64,000 nt of DNA from Escherichia phage BB1: sequence record NC_106597.1; one strand, 5' to 3'. This document shows, piece after piece, positions 41,189-48,736 of this stretch; the stretch's first letter is position 1, and every line of letters begins with the position of its first letter. Under the pieces are notes generated by a model. The model was not told the origin of the DNA, made no database searches, and was given only the letters and a program-made list of their open reading frames with translations. The position numbers were made by a program, and so were the translations under genes.

Positions 41189-41788
41189 GTGCAAATCCGA
41201 CATTGCTCCATGGGTGTTACGTGCGGGCGTGTATGTGCGAATCCGACAATTTTTGGTAGTGTGCAAATCCGACCCGAAAAATTTTTATAGTGTGCAAATC
41301 CGACAATGAATTTTCCTAAAAACTCCAGCAATCACGAACTGCGTTCGAATCCTGTGGGGTATGTGCAAATCCGACATGGTTTTTCTAGGATTAAGATGTG
41401 CGAATCCGACAAGATTTTTGTGACTTCGATTGGAGGGTGTGTGATTGTGTGAGTTTGGGGAGAAGTTGAAAGAGTGAGAGAAATTTGGGGGAACTGCGGG
41501 AGGGGTGCATGTTTGGTGCGGAGCACCTGATTTGCGGGGATTTTGTGGAAGAGTTGAGAAGATTTGGGTTAATTTGAGATAAGTGCAGATAAAGTAAAAT
41601 TTTATTAGCTAAATGGGGCAAAATAGCTTGACAAGTGAAAATTTCTGTGGCTCCAAAAACTCAGGCAATCATGGGCCTTCGGCCCGAAATAATGCTGCCG
41701 TTTTCAGGAGATTATATGTTCCTAAAAACTTAGGCAATTGTGCAAATCCGACCAGTTTTTAAACTCTTGTCAGTGTGCAAATCCGACA
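41189..41788. repeat. array of 8 direct copies of a 14-bp motif GTGC(A/G)AATCCGAC(A/C)
   Basis: Copies at 41189, 41235, 41261, 41292, 41363, 41398, 41740, 41775, all same orientation, irregular spacing; non-coding. Confidence 0.7.
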
Positions 41789-42286
41789 GTAATTTCTAGA
41801 AATGTGTTTTGGAAAAATGTCTTCTAGAAATAACCGCCCTCCCAATAACCGCCCTGTATTAACCGCCTATTGCTGGAGTTTCTAGGAATATGAAAACCGC
41901 CTAAGTTGACTAGAGTTTTCCTAGAAACTTAGGAGTCTAGAAGAAAGTGTTGTGCCATCCTAGCAGATGAGCGGCAACAGGTGTATCATCTTGAACACAA
42001 ATATTGCCTTTAAATATTATAAGGTAAATAAAAGTTAATATACCCCCATTTCATGAGAGTTAGTCCCTCTAGGCGCGTGCGATTTGATACATCCTCCTGA
42101 GTCTCGGGGAGGAAGAACAATTGACGAGAACCTGCGAACAGAACCGTCATCAAGTGTTTTCCTACGAGGAATGATGTAAATCTACGGCCTAGAGGTAAAA
42201 ACAAGTTGATGTTTTTAATCTATGAGATTATTATAACACATTATTCTCACGAATGTCAAGCAAATTTCGTTACTTTTAAATTTTCG

Positions 42287-43015
42287 TCATGAGTTTGGAG
42301 TTGGGTAAATTTTTATGCAACCTTGACTTAATAGATATTTTTCTGCCTCTACAGCTTTAATATTGAATATCTCTTTTGCTCCATCGAATTTATAATGATT
42401 AGCAAATTTATTCTCGAAAAATTTATGTGCTTGGTGTTCTATTTTGTAAGCAAGTTCTTTCGATCCTTTCTTGTACTGGTAGATACCAAATACTTCCATA
42501 TCTTCAAAACCCGGCACACGCAATTTATCATACTCTAGATTCTTAAACCTTTGATGTGGCTCTCTAGAAACCCCAATCTTTGTCTTTAATTTCTTCCTAG
42601 ACTGATCTTTATTAGAGAAGATATAGAGATATGTGGGAAATTGAACATCTTCTTCTACTTCCGGTTTCTCGATAGGTGTATTGAGGTTGCTTTCTCTAGC
42701 ACATTGTAAACAACCGTGCCCATCTAGGTGAGATCTAGCAGTTTGCATAAAGTATCCTTTATGCTTATAGCACCATATCTCTACTAACTGATTGGCTGTC
42801 TTATAATTAACTCTTTCATACCCATACTCTTCTTTCTGGACTTTTAAAGCTTTCCTAATAAAGATAAGGTTTAAGGCCTCTTGTTGGAAGTCAGGGTGAA
42901 GTTGCCTAATCTTCGTTATATTAGTAGAGCCATTTGACTTCAAAAAGTTTTTAAGAGGAAACCTCCTGGCTTCCTCGCGTAGCTTTTTATTAATTTCAGC
43001 ACGTAAATCATCCAT
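42287..43015 (-). CDS. T5orf172 / GIY-YIG-like domain protein, putative
   Basis: 242 aa; YLYIFSNK ... KIGVSRE pattern resembling a GIY-YIG-related core, preceded by a Cys/His cluster (HLDGHGCLQCA). Confidence 0.35.
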   Translation of the reverse strand: MDDLRAEINKKLREEARRFPLKNFLKSNGSTNITKIRQLHPDFQQEALNLIFIRKALKVQKEEYGYERVNYKTANQLVEIWCYKHKGYFMQTARSHLDGHGCLQCARESNLNTPIEKPEVEEDVQFPTYLYIFSNKDQSRKKLKTKIGVSREPHQRFKNLEYDKLRVPGFEDMEVFGIYQYKKGSKELAYKIEHQAHKFFENKFANHYKFDGAKEIFNIKAVEAEKYLLSQGCIKIYPTPNS

Positions 43016-43733
43016 CTTTATTAACCTTTAGAATAACTCCTTTTGACGCCATGAAAAGGAATGTTGCTAAGTAAGATGACTCGGAGTTTAGCGCAGAATA
43101 ATCTACACTTCCTCTAGGTCTAGTTTCTTGTTTAGTGTCAAGAATTGTTGCTATATCAAACTTAACAGACTTTGCAACTTTTCTAGCTTGTTCAGGATCA
43201 CGTAAAATTTCAAAGTGTGCAGCATCTAGAATAGGATTAGATGTTGTTGAGTCGTCAACTATACTTAGATGAACCTGCGCAAGTGTCGATACAATTCCTA
43301 GCTTTAATTCAGATAGAGAAGAATAAGGTGGTTCTACTTTCTTTGTAAGTCTAGGAAGATGATCGTATTTACATTGCTTAGGTGGAATCATCAAAATCTT
43401 AGGATAACATTCTAGGGCTGTCTTTGCACTTCCTTCTTTAAAATGTGGGAGTTCTTTATCAGCAAAGACATGGAATGAATCTGCTGAAAATCCTTTAATA
43501 GTCGGATCAACAGTTTGAATCAGACGACGTATACTAATATAAGAAGGAGCTAACGTAACTTCTTCTGCATCTTTATTATATTTAGGTTGTCCACTAGCAT
43601 TAATGTATGCAGGATAGAACTCTGCACAAAATGCCACTGCATGTGCCTCTAACTCATTAAGCTGAGAAACACATTTCCCATTACAAGCTCTAGCTAATTT
43701 AATAATCTCTGCTAAATTCTTTTTTATACTCAT
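43008..43733 (-). CDS. hypothetical protein (241 aa)
   Basis: Overlaps both neighbours; middle gene of a three-gene operon. Confidence 0.45.
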   Translation of the reverse strand: MSIKKNLAEIIKLARACNGKCVSQLNELEAHAVAFCAEFYPAYINASGQPKYNKDAEEVTLAPSYISIRRLIQTVDPTIKGFSADSFHVFADKELPHFKEGSAKTALECYPKILMIPPKQCKYDHLPRLTKKVEPPYSSLSELKLGIVSTLAQVHLSIVDDSTTSNPILDAAHFEILRDPEQARKVAKSVKFDIATILDTKQETRPRGSVDYSALNSESSYLATFLFMASKGVILKVNKDG

Positions 43734-44344
43734 TAATTACCTCTCTTATCTTCATTAATAGCAGCTCCCAACGCTTCAAGGATAGTATCACTTATACTCC
43801 CAGGTCTAAGATTATTAAAGTGAGTAACATAGAGGGGACTTTTAAAACCTTCAGCATCCGCAGGTGCTACGCTTCGCATATCAGATTCAAAAGCTTCTTG
43901 AGTATGTTTCAACTGTACAGAAGGGCCGTAATCTTCCCCAAACTTATATGACTTCGTACTACTTACCACACCCCCACAAGGAACATTGTGCATATCCGAC
44001 ATTAACCTTTTATCGGAGTTACTCAGCATTGAGATTGTCCCTGACTGCCACGGATCTCTAATAGTTACAGGAGTACTAGGACGGTTAACCTCAGCCTTCA
44101 CTAGTTTGTATCCTGCATCGATCAGTGCATTAATCAGGTTATCAGCCGGGATGCGAGCCGTGCCAAAAATCTTACGAGCATCTTCGAGCTTACCTTCAAG
44201 ATCTTTACATGCTCTAAGGTCAGTGTGTGCAAATGTTAGCTTCATAGATTTGAGTTGTATAGTAGCAGTTAAATCTTTAAAGCTATAATCCCATGTGTTC
44301 AGTTCATGGTCTGGTACTACTTGAATAGGTTGTTGTGTAAACAT
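43733..44344 (-). CDS. hypothetical protein (203 aa)
   Basis: First gene of the three-gene operon; start overlaps the stop of the upstream small gene. Confidence 0.45.
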   Translation of the reverse strand: MFTQQPIQVVPDHELNTWDYSFKDLTATIQLKSMKLTFAHTDLRACKDLEGKLEDARKIFGTARIPADNLINALIDAGYKLVKAEVNRPSTPVTIRDPWQSGTISMLSNSDKRLMSDMHNVPCGGVVSSTKSYKFGEDYGPSVQLKHTQEAFESDMRSVAPADAEGFKSPLYVTHFNNLRPGSISDTILEALGAAINEDKRGN

Positions 44345-44529
44345 TATTTATTCTCCAGTTTGTCTAACAGTTTATGTGCTGCTAGATTATATTGTTTAAG
44401 TTCACGATTAAGGATTTGGTTTTCGCACTTTAACTCTAGATTCTTGTTGTTAAGAATGTTGCAGATTAGTAGAAGTGCTAGTATTAGTAACAGAGAACCT
44501 ACGAGCATTAAAAGAAAAAGAGTTTCCAT
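44344..44529 (-). CDS. small membrane-anchored coiled-coil protein
   Basis: 61 aa; N-terminal TM helix then heptad-like Leu/Asn/Lys segment. Confidence 0.4.
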   Translation of the reverse strand: METLFLLMLVGSLLLILALLLICNILNNKNLELKCENQILNRELKQYNLAAHKLLDKLENK

Positions 44530-44762
44530 TATTTGAGCCCTAAGTGCTTTTTAAGCTGTTTAATAAAATCTTCAGGAGTATGGTTTCTATTGCCCTGAAC
44601 TACAAATAACTTCAGAGCTTCATGCTGTAGGTTAAGCCTAGCCTTTTCACCACGTAGTTTTCTGTTATCATCTATAGTCCTATTAAGATCACGAGTCTTT
44701 TTAATAGATATGCTGATTGCAAATAATAGTGCTATTGCAAGAATAATTAATACAATTTCCAC
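44529..44762 (-). CDS. small membrane-anchored coiled-coil protein
   Basis: 77 aa; same architecture as its neighbour. Confidence 0.4.
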   Translation of the reverse strand: MEIVLIILAIALLFAISISIKKTRDLNRTIDDNRKLRGEKARLNLQHEALKLFVVQGNRNHTPEDFIKQLKKHLGLK

Positions 44763-44779
44763 TATAGTCTCCTTTTATA

Positions 44780-44817
44780 TGTACTCAAAAGGCCAGAACA
44801 ACTAAGTCCTGGCCTCC
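44780..44817 (-). terminator. rho-independent terminator
   Basis: AGGCCA ... TGGCCT hairpin followed on the minus strand by TTTGAG. Confidence 0.45.
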
Positions 44818-44822
44818 TAAAA

Positions 44823-45194
44823 TTAATGAAGTTGTTTACCACTTCTTAACATAGTGGCCGTTTCCATAAGACCTAGCGTAGCATCACGCTTATTGATCTG
44901 TTTACCAAGTTCATCAGTACGTTTACCGATGTAAGCATTAATAGCCATATTCATAGCTGTAGCGAGATCTTCTTTGGTTATCTCTTCATCGTCTAAAGCT
45001 AATTTAGCCAAAGAATCAAATGTGCTAGAGAGTCCTATAAGATCTGAGGTTTCTCCAGCCAAAATAGGATTAATGTTATCTACTGTTACTTCTAGCATGG
45101 AGTTGACAATATCTTCACCGTCTATTAGACCAGTTTCAATATTACTCTCCCACTCCTTCATCTGCTCCAATAATGGATTTTTCTTTTCTGTCAT
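44823..45194 (-). CDS. hypothetical acidic protein
   Basis: ORF 44823..45260 (TTG at 45260); internal ATG at 45194 more likely. Confidence 0.35.
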   Translation of the reverse strand: MTEKKNPLLEQMKEWESNIETGLIDGEDIVNSMLEVTVDNINPILAGETSDLIGLSSTFDSLAKLALDDEEITKEDLATAMNMAINAYIGKRTDELGKQINKRDATLGLMETATMLRSGKQLH

Positions 45195-45603
45195 GGTAGA
45201 GGTTTCCTGTATCAGTTGGTAAGAAGGACGATTGAGCTTTAGGCGGATGTTGTTTAGCAATCCAGTTAAGAATCAGTACACGACTAGGAACAATATCAGT
45301 GTTGTACCAGAAATCATGAACCCATTGACGAGCATCCTCAAACTTACCAAATTTATACGCTTTCTTAAACAATTCAAACCCAAAACAATCTGGTGTGAAG
45401 TCTACTTCACGATATTGAACTACTTTAGAACCAGTTAGGTCTTGGATCGCTGCATTAATTTCTGTATGCGAGAATTTTGTTTCGTGAAACTTGTTAAAGA
45501 ATCGGTAGTTGAAGCGTCCGTTCGTTTCGACAAACAACTGGATGAAAAGATCGTTAAATTGGTTATCAAACCAGTAATTCTGTAGTTGTTGTAGTGCTGT
45601 CAT
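45142..45603 (-). CDS. hypothetical protein (153 aa)
   Basis: ATG start at 45603; Trp/Phe-rich. Confidence 0.45.
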   Translation of the reverse strand: MTALQQLQNYWFDNQFNDLFIQLFVETNGRFNYRFFNKFHETKFSHTEINAAIQDLTGSKVVQYREVDFTPDCFGFELFKKAYKFGKFEDARQWVHDFWYNTDIVPSRVLILNWIAKQHPPKAQSSFLPTDTGNLYHDRKEKSIIGADEGVGE

Positions 45604-45800
45604 TTACGAACTCCGTTGATTGCCACGATGATGCCTTCGTACATAAAAGGAAGTAACCCAGAAGTGTAGAAGATATTTTCCGTTATTCCTAGATGTCGAA
45701 AAAGTGTATTAAATAATGCTGTTAGAAATACAATCTGAGGCAGTAATACAAAATACTCAGTTACAATCTTTGGTGCCTGATAAACAAGACGTTTTATCAT
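45600..45800 (-). CDS. small membrane protein (66 aa)
   Basis: Two hydrophobic helices; SD AAGGAGA upstream. Confidence 0.4.
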   Translation of the reverse strand: MIKRLVYQAPKIVTEYFVLLPQIVFLTALFNTLFRHLGITENIFYTSGLLPFMYEGIIVAINGVRK

Positions 45801-45837
45801 TGTTTTTAAGTCTCCTTATTACTTTGGCCTACTCCAC

Positions 45838-45868
45838 AATAATAAAAACTGCAAGCACTAATAGTGCT
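45838..45868 (-). terminator. rho-independent terminator
   Basis: AGCACT-aat-AGTGCT hairpin followed on the minus strand by GCAGTTTTTATTATT. Confidence 0.45.
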
Positions 45869-45899
45869 ATTAGCCCCGCAGTAATTGGTACTAAATCAA

Positions 45900-46226
45900 T
45901 CATGGGAGACGCCATACGTAATTAGCTGTCTGTAGAGTCTTAGCGGTATCATCATGGTACATTACTACAGACTTTGGTGAATAGCTATCAGCTAGTTCTT
46001 TACGAATCATCTTACATTCTTCACCAGTATCGATATTTTTAACTATCACTTTCATATTAAGGGGTGTTAATACAGAAAGCGGTTTCCAGGAGTCCTCAAT
46101 TTCAATTCCTACCTTTTTCTCGATTAACATGAGAACTTCTAGCGTATCATCTGGAATGCTAATATTATTATTCACAAACTGTAGTATCTTATGTAAGGTA
46201 TTTAATTCATTAAAATTAAGCTTCAT
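45900..46226 (-). CDS. hypothetical protein (108 aa)
   Basis: ORF with overlapping neighbour. Confidence 0.4.
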   Translation of the reverse strand: MKLNFNELNTLHKILQFVNNNISIPDDTLEVLMLIEKKVGIEIEDSWKPLSVLTPLNMKVIVKNIDTGEECKMIRKELADSYSPKSVVMYHDDTAKTLQTANYVWRLP

Positions 46227-46461
46227 CTTTAAGAATATCCTCTACCATATCACAAGACTGTTGCAATTCATCAGCAATACGTTTAATATCGGTTTTTGTT
46301 ATTTTACCGATTAACATCACCAGTAACATAGAAAGTATAATAAGCGGGACTGGAATAACAAACAGTGCTACCTTAACTATATTCTTTGGTGCCCATGTAT
46401 GGTACTTAGTAACCAGTACACCAACCACAATCAAATAAAACGCTAGAATAAACATCATCAT
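46216..46461 (-). CDS. membrane protein (81 aa)
   Basis: Two TM helices. Confidence 0.4.
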   Translation of the reverse strand: MMMFILAFYLIVVGVLVTKYHTWAPKNIVKVALFVIPVPLIILSMLLVMLIGKITKTDIKRIADELQQSCDMVEDILKDEA

Positions 46462-46739
46462 TTTTTAATCTCCGTGATTATCTGTGTACGCATTACTTTA
46501 GCAGGTAATTTATTATTCCCAACTATTGCTTCTATATTATTTAATTTTTCCTTAAGAATATCCGAGCGTCTTTGTGCTAATTCAATGTCCTGCTCTTGCT
46601 CTAGCAAACGGTGGTGTAGTCCATCATTAGTAATAAGCATATTTTCCATGCTTTTTCGTGCATTCACAATCCCAATAACTCCACCAATCGCTACTAGTGT
46701 CATAAGCACTAGCAATCCAATGAGAATTTCTGTAATCAT
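46458..46739 (-). CDS. small membrane-anchored coiled-coil protein
   Basis: 93 aa; N-terminal TM helix then coiled coil; start overlaps the HNH-copy stop (ATGA). Confidence 0.4.
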   Translation of the reverse strand: MITEILIGLLVLMTLVAIGGVIGIVNARKSMENMLITNDGLHHRLLEQEQDIELAQRRSDILKEKLNNIEAIVGNNKLPAKVMRTQIITEIKK

Positions 46740-46865
46740 TTATTTAAGTCCTCTAAAGTAGGTAAGGGTTTTGTATGATCAAAAGTTTCTATAACAGCAT
46801 TAGGCCCATGTAGTTCTAAACGTAGTTCATTAGCTCTTTGAACTGCCAACTCTAAATCTAGATAC

Positions 46866-47273
46866 CTAAAGTAGCCTCCGTGTACTGTAATGCTTTCGGC
46901 GCTTCTGGCCTGGACTCTCCATTGTTGTCGATCTTTTTTTCCAGGTAACTCCTAAGTACCCCGAATTAGATTGAGCGATTTTGCTACGATTATTCTCTTG
47001 GGACGTACAATCTTTTAAATTACACCATCTATTATCTTTTCTTATATTATTTAAGTGGTGTACTAGATTTGGAATATACCCCTCCATGTACAAAAAGGCT
47101 AATCTATGGGCTGCATATCTTTTTCTATTTATCCCAATAAATATATAACCATCCTTATCAGGACTACCAGCAATACTACCTGCTTTACCTCGTCCTCTAC
47201 TGACTTTCCTTATAAACTCGCCCGTTTCCGGGCGGTATTCAAATAACTCTTTTAATCTTTCTTGTGTTAGCAT
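46866..47273 (-). CDS. HNH homing endonuclease, apparently frameshifted copy (N-terminal frame)
   Basis: 135 aa homologous to the intact 178-aa HNH at 53813..54349 up to SGYLGVTWKKR, then diverges; the homologous C-terminus continues in another frame down to 46736. Confidence 0.5.
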   Translation of the reverse strand: MLTQERLKELFEYRPETGEFIRKVSRGRGKAGSIAGSPDKDGYIFIGINRKRYAAHRLAFLYMEGYIPNLVHHLNNIRKDNRWCNLKDCTSQENNRSKIAQSNSGYLGVTWKKRSTTMESPGQKRRKHYSTRRLL

Positions 47274-47545
47274 TTTTTCTTTAATTGCTTGACTTCACGC
47301 TCAAAGCTAGCTGCTCGGCGTTCTGCCACTGCTTGATGCTCCTTAGCAAAGCGTGCCTCTTGTTTTGCTAAGTTAAAGGCCATAGCGTTCTTGTTAAGAG
47401 AATCATACATCTTCTTCATCGCCGGAATAGACATTTTCATCAGTTGCCCCTCAAATCCTTGCATGTCGAGGAGAATTGCTAATACATTGGCCATTTCAGT
47501 CTTGGTAAGGTTAGAGGCGTCGAAGTCTTTAGTCATGTTTTCCAT
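47267..47545 (-). CDS. hypothetical protein
   Basis: ORF 47267..47563; the upstream ATG lies inside the conserved promoter leader, so ATG at 47545 after GAGAGG is more likely. Confidence 0.4.
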   Translation of the reverse strand: MENMTKDFDASNLTKTEMANVLAILLDMQGFEGQLMKMSIPAMKKMYDSLNKNAMAFNLAKQEARFAKEHQAVAERRAASFEREVKQLKKKC

Positions 47546-47577
47546 TAGAATTTCCTCTCTCATTAATTTATGAACTT

Positions 47578-47606
47578 ATTATACAGAATTTTAAGGCTTA
47601 AAGCAA
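47578..47606 (-). promoter_or_regulatory. T5-type early sigma70 promoter
   Basis: Minus-strand TTGCTT - 17 bp - TATAAT then conserved leader ...ATAAATTAATGAGAGAGG. Confidence 0.65.
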
Positions 47607-47623
47607 CTGAATTTTTTAATTAC

Positions 47624-48055
47624 TTACCAATCGTTAACAACGCCGGAGAACTCAGAAGCAAAAACTTTTTCAAATTTCTCTGCAATTTCAGGATGATCTT
47701 TGCAGATCAGCTCAATACAGGCTTCTGGAGTCATTCCTTCATCTTCAGGATCCCCATAGTATTTATCCCAAAGATCATCAGGAATGATATGCTCCGCCAA
47801 ATCTTGGAAAGAGATTAACTGATAACGTTCTGCTTCCTCGGGGATAAGGATTTCACAAAGATCTTTATCTATATCACTACGGTAATCAGCAATTAGCAGG
47901 GCATTGCAAGCATGACACTCCCAAACCATCAAGCGTTCAGAAATAGGATTAGACTTATCCTGTACGTAAGACTGAAACAGGGTTCGGAAAGTTGCCTTAA
48001 CTTGTTCAAACTTATCTGCTGCTGCGAAAACTAGAGCTTTATCAACTTTGTTCAT
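47624..48055 (-). CDS. hypothetical acidic protein (143 aa)
   Basis: Acidic, Cys-containing ORF. Confidence 0.4.
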   Translation of the reverse strand: MNKVDKALVFAAADKFEQVKATFRTLFQSYVQDKSNPISERLMVWECHACNALLIADYRSDIDKDLCEILIPEEAERYQLISFQDLAEHIIPDDLWDKYYGDPEDEGMTPEACIELICKDHPEIAEKFEKVFASEFSGVVNDW

Positions 48056-48085
48056 TTTGTTTCCTTCTCATCAATTTATAAAGTA

Positions 48086-48114
48086 ATTATACAGAAACTT
48101 AAGCATTTTAGCAA
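48086..48114 (-). promoter_or_regulatory. T5-type early sigma70 promoter
   Basis: TTGCTA - 17 bp - TATAAT, leader ...ATAAATTGATGAGAAGG, 23 nt to ATG. Confidence 0.65.
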
Positions 48115-48214
48115 ATAAAACTTTTAATTAAAATGCCTAGTCCTGTACCAATAGCAATACAAATGATTATAAGTATTGCTACTACTTGTATGATTCGTTT
48201 AATAATACCCATGA

Positions 48215-48736
48215 TTAGACATTTAACATCCAACTAGTTTTATCATGAGAGGTATATTTACCACTCATTATGTCTTCCAGCCGTACTGGTGATTTTGCAT
48301 ACTCAACGCAAACGTTAATATAACGAGGGTCTCCCATTAACTCAAAGTGAGTATGCCCGTGTAAGTTCTTCTTGCCCCTTAACTCTTCTGGATGTACTGG
48401 AGCATGGGAAAGCCAAAAGTTTTTATACTTAACTAGGGATTGTACATTATCTACTACTCCTACTAAGTCTTTGAAAGATAATCCTTCTCGCTCTAAGTCG
48501 TGGTTCCCCAAAACTAATGTAGTTCTAACATTGCTAAAGAGTTTTTCGAACTTCTCCAAACCATTTCTAGATACAAATGCATCTCCTAAAATATAAAATA
48601 CTGTACGCTTATCTTTCATGGATGTAATAGTATCCATAATAAATTCATCATGCTCTTCCATAGTAGAGAAGATTGGTCTGAATTTAGTAATATTTGCATG
48701 TCCTAAGTGGAGATCACTCCAAAAGCAAACTTTCAT
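48215..48736 (-). CDS. metallophosphoesterase
   Basis: 173 aa; DLHLGH, GDAF, GNHD, GHTH calcineurin-like motifs. Confidence 0.6.
   Translation of the reverse strand: MKVCFWSDLHLGHANITKFRPIFSTMEEHDEFIMDTITSMKDKRTVFYILGDAFVSRNGLEKFEKLFSNVRTTLVLGNHDLEREGLSFKDLVGVVDNVQSLVKYKNFWLSHAPVHPEELRGKKNLHGHTHFELMGDPRYINVCVEYAKSPVRLEDIMSGKYTSHDKTSWMLNV

Noticed and set aside
41089-41621. Small ORFs (64-80 aa) called within the repeat array
   Set aside because: They lie in reiterated non-coding repeats, have no ribosome-binding sites and their translations are repeat-derived.
41189-41788. Possible CRISPR array suggested by the regularly recurring 14-bp repeat
   Set aside because: Repeat unit is far too short (14 bp versus 24-48 bp), spacing is irregular, there is no leader or cas gene, and the context is a phage injection-stop/origin-like region; iteron-type binding sites are more likely.
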